Shown here: positions 43,459-53,724 of the stretch, one piece after another | Layout of the letters: every line of letters starts with the position of its first letter | How positions within the stretch are numbered: the first letter of the stretch is position 1 | Program-made: the position numbers and the translations under genes | The notes under the pieces: generated by a model | What the model saw: the letters and a program-made list of their open reading frames with translations, nothing else | Database searches by the model: none | What the model was told of the DNA's origin: nothing | DNA from: an uncultured delta proteobacterium | Lineage (GTDB): Bacteria > Desulfobacterota > Syntrophia > Syntrophales > Smithellaceae | DNA length: 64,000 bases | Assembly: GCA_963851005.1 (NCBI GenBank) | Contig: CAWKNI010000007.1 | Location: 1,566,904 to 1,630,903, forward strand | Reading direction: 5' to 3'

Positions 43459-44658
43459 ATGAATATTATAGAAAACGGAAACGTTGCCGCAGCTTTGGGC
43501 GTCAAACTTTGTCGTGCCAATGTTATCGCTGCATATCCCATCACACCGCAGACCCCTCTTACAGAAAAACTCTCCGAGTATGTGGAATCAGGTGAAATGA
43601 AGGCTGAGTACATACCCGTCGAGAGCGAACATTCCGCCCTTGCCGTATGTATTGCCGCGTCATCGGCCGGCGCCAGATCTTTTACCGCGACAAGCGCCAA
43701 CGGGCTTCTTTACATGCATGAACAGGTCCAGTGGGCGGCAGGCGCAAGGCTTCCCATCGTGATGTGCGTTGTCAACCGGGCGGTAGGCGCTCCGTGGAAT
43801 GTCTGGAATGATCAGCAGGACTCGATTTCACAGCGCGATACAGGCTGGATACAGATGTATTGCTCTGACCATCAGCAGATCATTGATTCGGTTATCAAGG
43901 CCTATTGGCTTGCGGAAAAGGTAAGCATTCCGATAATGGTCTGCTATGACGGGTATATCCTTTCTCACACCTACATGCCGTTTGATGTGCCCGAACAGGA
44001 AAAAGTTGATGCCTTTCTGCCTCCATTTAGGCCGGACTATGTCCTGAACACTGAGAAGCCCGCCAATCTCAATACCGTGACTCTTCCCGACGTGCGCATG
44101 GATGTGAGAAATGAACTTGCCCACGGATACATGGAGATCAGATATCTGCTTCATGAAGAAATGCGAAAAACACTTACTGTCGCTCTCGAAGCGGAAAAAA
44201 GGTTTGCCGGGATATTCGGCCGAGGCGGCGATCCATATATAGAGCCGTATCTTTGCGATGATGCGGAATATATTGCCGTAGGCCTGGGCTCACTTACTTA
44301 CCAGTTGCTGGTTTCCGTGGATGCCTTGAGAAAAGAGGGCATCAAAGTTGGTGTCATGGGCGTTCGCTTCTACCGTCCTTTCCCGGACGTTGCGATTGCC
44401 AATGCCCTGAAAGGGAAAAAAGGCGTCATCGTATTTGAAAAGGCGTTGAGCTACGGTTATGAAGGAGCGCTGGTCTCGGATTTAAAGTCCGCGCTTTATG
44501 AACATCTTGCCGGTACAGGAGACTTGCCGATGGTCCAGAATTTTATTGCGGGAATCGGCGGTCGAGATATTCGAACAGACGATTTGACACAAACTCTCCG
44601 GGCGGCGACAAAAAGCCGGGTAGCGAAAGAGCCCGTGTGGATAGGGCTCAAGTTATAG
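43459..44658 (+). CDS. 2-oxoacid:ferredoxin oxidoreductase, alpha subunit
   Basis: MNIIENGNVAAALGVKLCRANVIAAYPITPQT. The ATG at 43459 follows AAGGAG. The track's start at 43384 overlaps the delta subunit gene. Confidence 0.88.
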   Translation: MNIIENGNVAAALGVKLCRANVIAAYPITPQTPLTEKLSEYVESGEMKAEYIPVESEHSALAVCIAASSAGARSFTATSANGLLYMHEQVQWAAGARLPIVMCVVNRAVGAPWNVWNDQQDSISQRDTGWIQMYCSDHQQIIDSVIKAYWLAEKVSIPIMVCYDGYILSHTYMPFDVPEQEKVDAFLPPFRPDYVLNTEKPANLNTVTLPDVRMDVRNELAHGYMEIRYLLHEEMRKTLTVALEAEKRFAGIFGRGGDPYIEPYLCDDAEYIAVGLGSLTYQLLVSVDALRKEGIKVGVMGVRFYRPFPDVAIANALKGKKGVIVFEKALSYGYEGALVSDLKSALYEHLAGTGDLPMVQNFIAGIGGRDIRTDDLTQTLRAATKSRVAKEPVWIGLKL

Positions 44659-44667
44659 GAGAATCTT

Positions 44668-45570
44668 ATGCAGGCCAAAACAAACATTTTAAGTTTACCG
44701 ATAGAAGAATTTGTCCACCCGGGAACAAGGGCGTGCACCGGCTGCGGCCTGGCTATCGCCTACAGAGTGGGACTCAAAGCCTTAGGGAAAGACACAATCC
44801 TTGTTGTGCCGCCGAGTTGCCTTACAGTATTGCAAGGGCTTTTCCCGATTGCCTCGACAAAACTTCCCTGTCTGAATGTGACGTTTGCATCCACGGCAGC
44901 GGCAGCCTCCGGAATCTTGGCTACCCTCAAAACTCAGGGCAAGAATAATATTAAAGTGGCTGCTTGGGCGGGCGATGGCGGGACAAGCGACATCGGGTTG
45001 CAGGCCTTATCGGGCGCCGCGGAAAGGGGCGAAAACTTTATCTATCTATGTTACGACAACAAAGGGTACATGAACACCGGCGTTCAGCGCTCGGGCACGA
45101 CCCCTATCGGCGCTATAACCGCAAACACGCCGTTCAAGGGAAAGCTTCAGCAAAAAAAAGACGTTTCAGCAATCATGGCAGCGCATAACTTAAGCTATGT
45201 GGCCGCCTGCTCCGCCGCTTACCCGCTGGACCTTTTTGACAAGATCAGAAAGTGTGTTGATATGCCGGGAACCAAATACATCCATATCCACATACCTTGC
45301 CCGCCGGGCTGGGGATATGATGCGCGATACGGGATAAAAATCGGCAGACTTGCCGTAGAAACCGGATATTATGACCTCTACGAGATAGTCAACGGTGGGT
45401 TCAAACTTACGGCGGCATCCGAAAAACTTGTGGAAAAACGCAAGCTGGTACCGGTGCGCGAATACTTCCGCGCGCAGTCACGGTTTAAGGTTCTTACCGA
45501 CGCGCAGATAGCCGACATCCAGGCTCAGATAGATGCGAAATGGGCGGGTTATTATAAAAAAGACGAGTGA
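44668..45570 (+). CDS. 2-oxoacid:ferredoxin oxidoreductase, beta (TPP-binding) subunit
   Basis: HPGTRACTGCG, GDGGTSDIGLQALSGA and YDNKGYMNTGVQRS. Confidence 0.88.
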   Translation: MQAKTNILSLPIEEFVHPGTRACTGCGLAIAYRVGLKALGKDTILVVPPSCLTVLQGLFPIASTKLPCLNVTFASTAAAASGILATLKTQGKNNIKVAAWAGDGGTSDIGLQALSGAAERGENFIYLCYDNKGYMNTGVQRSGTTPIGAITANTPFKGKLQQKKDVSAIMAAHNLSYVAACSAAYPLDLFDKIRKCVDMPGTKYIHIHIPCPPGWGYDARYGIKIGRLAVETGYYDLYEIVNGGFKLTAASEKLVEKRKLVPVREYFRAQSRFKVLTDAQIADIQAQIDAKWAGYYKKDE

Positions 45571-45632
45571 AGCTCAACTCCTAAAGGAAGCTTTCGCACA
45601 CAAGATTAAAACTAAGAAGCGATTGATATTAT

Positions 45633-45656
45633 AAGGAGGGACGGCTGTCCCTCCTT
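45633..45656. terminator. hairpin between convergent genes
   Basis: AAGGAGGGAcggctgTCCCTCCTT. Confidence 0.5.
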
Positions 45657-45667
45657 ATTTCTGATGA

Positions 45668-47494
45668 CTATTCCTTGTAGAGATTTTCCAACATGTCACC
45701 GTATTTTTCCATGACCACCCGGCGTTTGAGTTTCATAGTCTGGGTGAGCATTCCGTTATCCAGAGTAAAATCTTCCATGACAAACTCAAATTTGCGGGGA
45801 ATCTCATAGGACCCTACTATTTTTTTGAGATGGTTTTGAACCTCGTCAGTCAGCAGTTCCTTAAATGTCTGACCGGCGGGATTAGATGAATCAAAAATAT
45901 CCTTGGGATCAACCGACAAGTTCATCTCTTCGGCTTTATGCTTCAACAGATTCATATCCGGCACGATTAATCCCACATTGTACTCATGCCCAGCCCCGGT
46001 GATGACCGCGTTTAAAATCCAGGGCAATATTTTCATTTCGCGCTCTATGGTGTCCGGATGAATATATTTACCATTGGCCAACTTGTATTCTTCCTTGAAC
46101 CGGCCGGTAATAAATAAGAAGCCGTCTTCATCCAGACGACCCCTGTCCCCTGTGCGCACGCCACGCATACCGTTCATCTCCACAAGCACTTCTTTAGTTT
46201 GTTCCGGTTTGTTGTGGTATCCGATCATGCATTGCGGCCCGAAACAAAGTATCTCGCCATCATCACCGGTCTCTCCTGTTCGGGAGCGATCAATAACCAC
46301 CTTGGTTTTATTGATGGGCTTTCCAACCGATCCCAGGCGATTGCCCATTAAAGGTGAGTTAATTGTGATGGCCGGAGAAGTTTCACTCAAGCCATAGGCA
46401 TCATAGGTGGGAATTCCCACATCAATGAAGAATTTGGCTATTTCTACGTTCATGGGAGCGCTACCGGTGACGGCATTTTCCAGGCGTCCTCCAAAACGGG
46501 CGCGAATCTTTTTCAAAACGATTTTATCCAGGATTTTATATTTCAAACTTGCTTTCCCGGTCTCCCGTTTGCTTTTGGCCGCCTCAATCGCAGCTTCAAA
46601 AAGCTTTAACTTCAAGCCGCCTTCTTCCCGCATTTTTGCCCATACACCATTATAGACCCGGTTAAAAATCCGGGGCACGGTGATCATGAAGGTGGGTTGA
46701 ATTTTTGGCAAATCATCTATCAAAGTTTCCACCGATCCCATAATCCCGATGGACGCGCCCCTGAGAATAAAGGCATGCAGGTCGGCCGTGATCCCAAAAG
46801 AATGAGCCCAGGGAAGCATGGAGATACATCGGCTATTTTCAGTCAGGTTTGGAAACCAGGCCAAGCCGGCTTTGACGTTTTCCGCAAGATTGCCGTGAGA
46901 CAGCAAGACACCTTTGGGTTCACCGGTTGTGCCTGAGGTATAAATCAGTACCGCAACTTCGGAGTATTTGGGCTTGCGGGAAGGCACTGGTTTTGCCGCG
47001 CCTTTTTTCTCCAAAGCCGCCATTGTTTTCTCTCCTGTGCCATCAATCAGATAGATGTGCTTCAGTGTTGGAATTTCGGAGGGGAAATTTTTTATCTTTT
47101 CCAGAATTTCATCTCTGGATACCAGCACTACCTTGATACTGGCATCCTTAATGATATACTTCCACATCGAAACCAACTCTTTTTCATACATCGGCACATA
47201 AGCGGCGCCCAATCCCTGTGTGGCAATTTCTGCGATTAGCCATTCCTTTCGGTTATTCGCGATAATGCCGACGGTGTCTCCTACTCCAACGCCGATAGAA
47301 GCCAACCCTGCGCGCAAATTATTCACGCGTTCCGCGATTTGAGCGTACGTAACCCATTGATAGACACCCGCGGCGTCTTTCTCCCCGATTAACGGATTAT
47401 TCGCATATCTCGACGCGCTGGACTCGAAAAAATCCACCAGATTATCCGGGGCTTCATATGTGTTTTCATACTCACCATATTCAAAAATCGCCAT
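45668..47494 (-). CDS. long-chain acyl-CoA synthetase (AMP-forming)
   Basis: LIYTSGTTGEPKGVLLSH, YGLSET, TGDRGRLDEDGFLFITGRFKE and KLKRR. Confidence 0.88.
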   Translation of the reverse strand: MAIFEYGEYENTYEAPDNLVDFFESSASRYANNPLIGEKDAAGVYQWVTYAQIAERVNNLRAGLASIGVGVGDTVGIIANNRKEWLIAEIATQGLGAAYVPMYEKELVSMWKYIIKDASIKVVLVSRDEILEKIKNFPSEIPTLKHIYLIDGTGEKTMAALEKKGAAKPVPSRKPKYSEVAVLIYTSGTTGEPKGVLLSHGNLAENVKAGLAWFPNLTENSRCISMLPWAHSFGITADLHAFILRGASIGIMGSVETLIDDLPKIQPTFMITVPRIFNRVYNGVWAKMREEGGLKLKLFEAAIEAAKSKRETGKASLKYKILDKIVLKKIRARFGGRLENAVTGSAPMNVEIAKFFIDVGIPTYDAYGLSETSPAITINSPLMGNRLGSVGKPINKTKVVIDRSRTGETGDDGEILCFGPQCMIGYHNKPEQTKEVLVEMNGMRGVRTGDRGRLDEDGFLFITGRFKEEYKLANGKYIHPDTIEREMKILPWILNAVITGAGHEYNVGLIVPDMNLLKHKAEEMNLSVDPKDIFDSSNPAGQTFKELLTDEVQNHLKKIVGSYEIPRKFEFVMEDFTLDNGMLTQTMKLKRRVVMEKYGDMLENLYKE

Positions 47495-47865
47495 AAACTT
47501 AAACCTCCCTATCGAATTTTTTATTCAAACTTATTAAAAGCTTAATTTTAAAAAATTTCTTAAGTTATTGGTTGTTGCTTGTCAGTAAACTCATGAAGCG
47601 GGAAGCTTCTCTACACAACGACTGTTTTGGAGATTTTGTTTAATTAAAAGAATAACGTCCAAAGAATAGTTCACATTTTCTTGATAAGAACTTCCTTTTC
47701 GACATTAAAAGCATATGAATAATGATCTGGTAAGTCAAGGAAATTTGAACACACAATTTACAATTAAGGCGCTACAACTTTGCACACTTTCGTCCCTCCT
47801 CATAAAAACTATTCATTCATGATAACAAATATTGGTGTCGCACCCCACATTTAAAGGCTCAAAGA

Positions 47866-47951
47866 GTTTCAAATCCCGCGTCGCTTCGCTCCTGGGATAA
47901 TTCGACTAGCAAATATTACGGCACTATGTTTGTAATATTTGAGTCTCATTA
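47866..47951 (+). repeat. family-2 module: ATCCC-n16-GGGAT hairpin, GGGATAATTCG, a variable-stem hairpin, then GAGTCTCATTA
   Basis: GTTTCAAATCCCgcgtcgcttcgctcctGGGATAATTCGACTAG CAAATATTAC ggcactatgttt GTAATATTTG AGTCTCATTA. Confidence 0.7.
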
Positions 47952-48046
47952 TTTCCTTTGACATACAGGACTCTTATTTATTATAAGTTATGCTATGAAA
48001 AACGTTCCAATTCCTAAAATCATTTCAACACACTGAGGACAACCCT

Positions 48047-50986
48047 GTGAAGGATACATCAATACGGGTATTAATGGTTGAAGATTCGGAAGACGATGCT
48101 CTGCTTACAATCCGTGTTTTGAAAAAAGGCGGATACGAACCCGTGTATGAACGGGTGGAAACTGCCGCCGCCATGAAGAAAGCCCTCAAAGAGAAGCAAT
48201 GGGACATCATCCTTTGCGATTATAGCCTGCCGAAATTCAGCGGTCCATCAGCTATCGCCTTGCTCAAGAAAACAAATATCGACATTCCTCTCATTATGGT
48301 GACCGGAACCATTGGCGAAGCAACAGCCGTAGAATGTATGCGTTTAGGCGCCCAGGATTATATCATGAAGGGTAACCTGTCCCGTCTTTGTCCGGCGATA
48401 GCAAGAGAATTGGAAGATGCAGAAGTTAGAAAGAAGGAAAAGCAGATAGAGGAGAAATTACGTTACGAAGAACAGCGTTTCCGGGCTTTCGTAGAGAACT
48501 CTTCCGACATCATTACTCTCGTTAATCTGGAAGGAATTGTCACTTATGTAAATCCAGCATTGGAGAAAGTTTTGGGATTCAAACCTGAAGAGAGGATTGG
48601 CGCCAACGGATTCGAGCTTGTTCATCCGGATGACATAAAGTTTTTAGCTGATGCATTCAATACTTTATCCACGGATACAAACGCACCTGTTATAGAGGGT
48701 TCAGTGCGTCTTTGTCATAAGGATGGAAGCTGGCGTACGCTCGAAGGTGTGGGAAGCAATCTGATAAACAATAATGTTGTTGAAGCTATAGTTATTAACT
48801 ACCGTGATATAACAGATCGCAAGCAGTCGGAAGAATCGCTTCGCCAAAGTGAGGAAAAATACCGAACCATTCTTAAAGAAATTCAGGAAGGTTATTTTGA
48901 AGTTGATCTTGCCGGTAACTTCACCTTTTTCAACAATTCATTAAGCCGATTACTTGGCTACTCCCAAGAGGAATTGATGGGCATGAGTTACCATCAATAT
49001 ACAGACAAAGAGTATTCAAAGGAACTTTTTCAAGCGTTTAATGAAGTTTATAACACAGGAAAACCCACCGAAGGAGTCGATTGGCAGGTTATAAGAAAAG
49101 ACGGGACTAAAAGATACGCTGAAGCATCGGTATCATTACGGGTAGATTCGTCGGGTAAACCAATAGGGTTTAGAGGAATTGCACGCGATGTTACCGAGCA
49201 GAGGAAAGTTGAAGAATCGCTGAAAAAAAGTGAAGAGCAATACCGTCTCCTGGCAGACAACATGACAGCTCACATATGGCTCCAGGATCTAAACACAAGA
49301 AAATTAATCTACGTAAGTCCCTCTGTAGAGAAAATGTATGGATATACTTTAGATGAAATCCCAAATCTCTCTTTGAAGAAATTACTCATGGCAGAATCTC
49401 TTCAAAAAATGCTGGATTCATTTTCAACTGAAATGCCCAAAGCTTTGGCAAAGCCGCTATCCTATGTCCATAAGTATTCATTGGAATTGGAAGCTTGCCA
49501 TAAGGACGGCCATCTATTGTGGATCGAGGTCGACTTCAGTATTCTACGGGATAAAAACGGAAAACCTGCATTTCTGCTGGGTGAAACCAGAGACATCACC
49601 GAGCGCAAACAGGCGGAAGAAGAATTGCGGGAGAGCGAAATTAAATACCGGACGCTTTTCGAATCTGCAAGTGACACCATTTTCTTGATGGATAAAGATA
49701 TCTTTATTGACTGTAACCAAAAAACCCTTGAGATGTTTGACTGTACCAGAGAGCAGATCATCGGGCAACCTCCTTACCAATTCTCGCCGGAAGTTCAGCC
49801 TGATGGAAGGAACTCTAAAGAAAAAGCATTAGAGAAGATCAACGCAGCGATTAAGGGTCAACCTCAGCATTTTGAATGGAAACACTGTCGTTATGATGGG
49901 ACTCTTTTTGATGCAGAAGTCAGCCTAAACTCTTTTAACAACAGGGGTAAATACTACCTCCAGGCAATGGTTCGCGACGTCACCGAACGCAAGACGACGG
50001 CTGAGGCGTTGCGGAAAAGCGAGGAAAATTTCCGTCTTTCCCTTGATAGTTCCCCGCTGGGCGTGCGCATATCAACAATAGAAGCCGACACGATTTATGC
50101 CAACAGGGCGATTCTGGATATCTACGGCTATGACAGTATTGAGGAGCTGAATAAAACACCCGTGAAGGAACGCTATACGCCGCAGAGCTATGCCGAGTAT
50201 GAGATTAGAAAGGAAAAAAGAAAACGGGGCGAGCTTGGCCCATCTGAATATGAAATAAGCATCGTGAGAAAAAACGGTGAAATTCGTAATCTTCAGGTTT
50301 TCCGTAAAGAAGTCATTTGGAACGGAGCAAAACAGTTTCAGGTAATCTACAAGGACATTACCGATCACAAGCAGGCTGAAGAAAAACTCCATGAGACATT
50401 AGAAAATTTACGGAAATCTATTAAAACAACGATTCAGGTATTGGGTACGGCATCAGAAGCAAGAGATCCTTATACGGCTGGCCACCAGAAGAGGGTTGCC
50501 GATCTCGCTCGCGCCATTGCCACTGAGATGGGCTTACCGGACGATAAAATCGAGGGATTACGGATGGCAGGTTCCATCCATGACATCGGGAAAATCTCCG
50601 TACCCGCGGAGATATTGTCCAAACCCACCAAACTGACAAACACCGAATTTTCCATAATTAAAGAACATTCTCAAACTGGATACGATATGTTGAAGGATGT
50701 GGAATCTCCCTGGCCGCTGGCAGAAATAGTTCACCAGCACCATGAACGGATGAACGGTTCCGGCTATCCGAGAAACCTGAAAGGAGATGAAATTCTTCTG
50801 GAGGCGCGTATTCTGGCTGTAGCCGACGTGGTGGAGGCCATGGCTTCCCATCGTCCTTATCGTCCGACCTTGGGAACAGAGGCAGCCCTTGAAGAAATCA
50901 CGAAAAACAAGGGCATTCTTTATGACAATGCTGTTGCCGATGCTTGCCTGAAATTATTTCGGGAGAAAGGCTATCATCTTGTCTGA
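48047..50986 (+). CDS. response-regulator receiver, multi-PAS, HD-GYP (c-di-GMP phosphodiesterase-type) protein
   Basis: REC domain: [13 protein letters not shown]...[10 protein letters not shown]. Repeated PAS blocks each follow ITERK/ITDRK linkers. The C-terminus has HDIGKISVP...[14 protein letters not shown] start. Confidence 0.85.
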   Translation: MKDTSIRVLMVEDSEDDALLTIRVLKKGGYEPVYERVETAAAMKKALKEKQWDIILCDYSLPKFSGPSAIALLKKTNIDIPLIMVTGTIGEATAVECMRLGAQDYIMKGNLSRLCPAIARELEDAEVRKKEKQIEEKLRYEEQRFRAFVENSSDIITLVNLEGIVTYVNPALEKVLGFKPEERIGANGFELVHPDDIKFLADAFNTLSTDTNAPVIEGSVRLCHKDGSWRTLEGVGSNLINNNVVEAIVINYRDITDRKQSEESLRQSEEKYRTILKEIQEGYFEVDLAGNFTFFNNSLSRLLGYSQEELMGMSYHQYTDKEYSKELFQAFNEVYNTGKPTEGVDWQVIRKDGTKRYAEASVSLRVDSSGKPIGFRGIARDVTEQRKVEESLKKSEEQYRLLADNMTAHIWLQDLNTRKLIYVSPSVEKMYGYTLDEIPNLSLKKLLMAESLQKMLDSFSTEMPKALAKPLSYVHKYSLELEACHKDGHLLWIEVDFSILRDKNGKPAFLLGETRDITERKQAEEELRESEIKYRTLFESASDTIFLMDKDIFIDCNQKTLEMFDCTREQIIGQPPYQFSPEVQPDGRNSKEKALEKINAAIKGQPQHFEWKHCRYDGTLFDAEVSLNSFNNRGKYYLQAMVRDVTERKTTAEALRKSEENFRLSLDSSPLGVRISTIEADTIYANRAILDIYGYDSIEELNKTPVKERYTPQSYAEYEIRKEKRKRGELGPSEYEISIVRKNGEIRNLQVFRKEVIWNGAKQFQVIYKDITDHKQAEEKLHETLENLRKSIKTTIQVLGTASEARDPYTAGHQKRVADLARAIATEMGLPDDKIEGLRMAGSIHDIGKISVPAEILSKPTKLTNTEFSIIKEHSQTGYDMLKDVESPWPLAEIVHQHHERMNGSGYPRNLKGDEILLEARILAVADVVEAMASHRPYRPTLGTEAALEEITKNKGILYDNAVADACLKLFREKGYHLV

Positions 50987-50998
50987 GATATGGGAGTT

Positions 50999-52525
50999 TC
51001 ACAAATAAAAAAACGGCGCGTGGTTGGAAGTGAAGAATTCCGGTGTGCGTCGGAGTATAGGAGCTATTGCTGAATGCTTCTTAAAAGTTTTCTCTAAAAA
51101 ATTGCGCACAACAGGCCTCTGCCAGCCAAAGGGGTGCTGAAAGTTTTTGTATAGAGACAAATCGCCTTCATAAAAATCATTAGTCGCGAGACTTTGCGCC
51201 TCAACGCTCTGAGCCGGCAAATTAAAAATCGCAAGATTTAAAAAGTCAATACAGTCATGATGCTGACAAACGAAATCCAGCGTCTCGGTCGCGCTTTCCT
51301 GTGTTTCCGGCGGTGTGCCGAAAAGAAAATAACAATAAGTTACAATGCCCGCCTTTTTCAGCGTTTTTAAAACTGCTGAAGCTGTCGGCAAATCTATCCC
51401 TTTATTTAATCGATCAAGCACTTTCTGATCACCGGATTCGATTCCCAGTTTGAGCATGACACAGCCGGTGCGTTTTAAGGATAAACAAAAATCTTCATCA
51501 GCCAAATGTTGAGTGATCCGGGTAAAGCCATACCAGGAAGCGCCCGGCGGTCTTTGCGACAGAGCTTTCAAGAGCGATGGCGAAATTGAGCTATCCAGAA
51601 TATGAATCAGAGCAGGGTTCATCTGCCGCGTTAATGTTTGCAATTCGTTTGTGACCTGAGAAAACTCAAGCGGCAAATAAGCATTGCCTTCCGCTTTTTC
51701 CGGACAAAAAGCGCATTTGTGCCAGTAGCAGCCACGCGCGCTGCTGTAGGGAAGAATCAGACCGGGCGATAAATATTTATCAAGCGGAAAACCATTGTAA
51801 TCAGGCGGGCAATTTGTGTTGCCGTCTTTAACGTTCAGAAGCTCCAGTAACTTTTGTTCTCCGGCGCCTGCGACTATTTCATCCACAAGACCGCAAAAAA
51901 TATTTATCTTAACACCTAGTTTAATCCAGGATGTAACCAGCGATCCGCCTAGAATAATTTTTTGCCGCGGCTGAATTTGTTTGATGAAGCCGATCATGGC
52001 AAAAGTACAAAGCGCCTGGCTGAGGTAATTTAAAGAAAAGCCAATAAAAGCGGGGTTGCACTCTAGAGCGTTCGTCAGACGATTTTTAAAATAAGAGTAG
52101 AAAGGATTATCCTGAAAGTTTTCGGCTGCAGAAATTAAGTCGTCGCTCTTCACCGGCGAATGCTTTTTATCTTGATAATCGGCAAGAGACAAGTCAACAT
52201 TAAACGATTTGCCCGCCACATTTAATAAATGATTGATATCCATAACTGTCCGCTGGTAGCGGCTTAGATTTTGGTAAGTGGCTATGTTTCGCAACGCGAT
52301 AAGATTTGCCTCCATTTTTTTGCGGGCGCGCGCTGTCCAGTGATCTGTTGCCGTATTTTTATTAGAAACTTGAGTAAGCAAAAAGAAGATGCCTTCCAGA
52401 TTGGCGTCGATAACATTGTGCGAAATACCGTTTTCTTTCAGACAGGTGGATAATCTGGCGATGCCCGCAGGTGGTTCTGAACATTTGGTAATTGGCGAAT
52501 GGATGAGGATTATTTTTGGCGACAT
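50999..52525 (-). CDS. B12-binding-domain radical SAM protein
   Basis: The N-terminus has a B12-binding-like fold (KIILIHSP...). The radical SAM cluster is ARGCYWHKCAFCPE. Confidence 0.82.
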   Translation of the reverse strand: MSPKIILIHSPITKCSEPPAGIARLSTCLKENGISHNVIDANLEGIFFLLTQVSNKNTATDHWTARARKKMEANLIALRNIATYQNLSRYQRTVMDINHLLNVAGKSFNVDLSLADYQDKKHSPVKSDDLISAAENFQDNPFYSYFKNRLTNALECNPAFIGFSLNYLSQALCTFAMIGFIKQIQPRQKIILGGSLVTSWIKLGVKINIFCGLVDEIVAGAGEQKLLELLNVKDGNTNCPPDYNGFPLDKYLSPGLILPYSSARGCYWHKCAFCPEKAEGNAYLPLEFSQVTNELQTLTRQMNPALIHILDSSISPSLLKALSQRPPGASWYGFTRITQHLADEDFCLSLKRTGCVMLKLGIESGDQKVLDRLNKGIDLPTASAVLKTLKKAGIVTYCYFLFGTPPETQESATETLDFVCQHHDCIDFLNLAIFNLPAQSVEAQSLATNDFYEGDLSLYKNFQHPFGWQRPVVRNFLEKTFKKHSAIAPILRRTPEFFTSNHAPFFYL

Positions 52526-52527
52526 AG

Positions 52528-52655
52528 TTTACCAATTCTAAATCAAAGCGCTATTTTTGTTGGCGTCGTTGTCGGCGTCCTCAACGTATGTATAATACGC
52601 CTCGTCGCCTCCGCCTAGCCATCTCAATATCATCTTTGATTTAAAAATGGTATTA
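52528..52655. mobile_element. MITE-like element, copy 7, with 2 nt between it and the radical SAM start codon
   Basis: TTTACCAATTCTAAATCAAAG...CTTTGATTTAAAAATGGTATTA. The interior is nearly identical to copy 6. Confidence 0.85.
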
Positions 52656-52926
52656 TTCAGATTGTTTTCGTAATATCTATTTTTTGCTTAAGCAAGGCCA
52701 ATTTTATGACTGTCCTTTAAGCTTGACAGTTGGTAATCTTTAAGCAATAGTCACCTCTCATTATAGCAAATGTTATCCTGTTTCAGACGGAAGTATTGGA
52801 AATAATGCATAAAGACAACATAATCGTCAGTATTGAGTCATTCAATAATCGAGGCCTTGCTTTTTTTCAATAGATGGTTATGTTGGCAGTATAGTTGAAA
52901 ACAATAAATGTAAAATTTGGTATTTT

Positions 52927-53712
52927 GTGAAAAATAAATCTTTTGGCTATAAAGGTAAAATAATACTGGCTCTGGCTATCGCGCTGTTTATAGCGTTGAT
53001 GGCCAATGCGATATTTGCGGCTGATAAGTATCCTTCGCCGCGCGGCGTAGTCAATGATTTTGCCAATGTTATTGATCAGGATAACGCCGTTAAAATAGAA
53101 GCCCTGGCGCGTGAAGTTTTACAAAAAACAGGCACGGCGGTTGTTGTTGTAACTGTCCCTACTATCGGAGAGGGAGAAGAAACCAGTCTTTATGCTAATG
53201 GCCTTTATAAAGCGTGGGGTATCGGGAAAAAGGGCGAGGACAAAGGTCTTTTAATTTTTTTAACTGTTAAAGAAAGAAAATATTGGATTGAAACCGGTTA
53301 CGGCGTAGAGGGTATATTGCCGGATGGTTTAGTTGGCGAAATCAGAGACAAGTATCTAAAGCCGCAACTCCAAGCAGGTAATTATGGTGATGCTTTTTAT
53401 GACACAGTGTCTGCATTTAGTTCTATTATTGCCAAAGATGCCGGTGTTCAGTTGAGCGGTTCGCCTGCACCATACCGGACAAATGCTCGCGCCCAGCAAA
53501 AAGGCGTTAATGTTTTCGGGCTGATTTTTTTCTTCATTGCCGCTGTTCTCCTTTTAGGCACAAGAACGGGCAGGGCGATGCTTCCCTGGATATTGCTCTT
53601 GTTCCTGAGTGGCGGTCGCGGCGGTGGAGGTGGCGGCGGCGGTTTCGGCGGCGGCTTTGGCGGCTTTGGCGGCGGCGGCAGCGGCGGCGGCGGGGCCGGT
53701 GGAGATTTTTAA
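52927..53712 (+). CDS. TPM-domain protein (YgcG-like) with a TM segment and a poly-Gly tail
   Basis: VVNDFANVIDQ..., YKAWGIGKKGEDKGLLIFLTVKERKYWIETGYGVEG, and a C-terminal GGRGGGGGGGGFGGGFGGFGGGGSGGGGAGG. GTG start. Confidence 0.8.
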   Translation: MKNKSFGYKGKIILALAIALFIALMANAIFAADKYPSPRGVVNDFANVIDQDNAVKIEALAREVLQKTGTAVVVVTVPTIGEGEETSLYANGLYKAWGIGKKGEDKGLLIFLTVKERKYWIETGYGVEGILPDGLVGEIRDKYLKPQLQAGNYGDAFYDTVSAFSSIIAKDAGVQLSGSPAPYRTNARAQQKGVNVFGLIFFFIAAVLLLGTRTGRAMLPWILLLFLSGGRGGGGGGGGFGGGFGGFGGGGSGGGGAGGDF

Positions 53713-53724
53713 CAAATATTTAGG

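Noticed and set aside
52700-52870. Possible structured ncRNA. AAGCAAGGCC (52709-52718) and GGCCTTGCTTTTTTT (52853-52867) are complementary over about 135 nt, with an inner ACTGTC...GACAGT hairpin.
   Set aside because: The evidence is a single long-range 8-9-bp complementarity. There is no second copy, no covariation, and I recognise no family. It is too weak to call without folding or conservation data.
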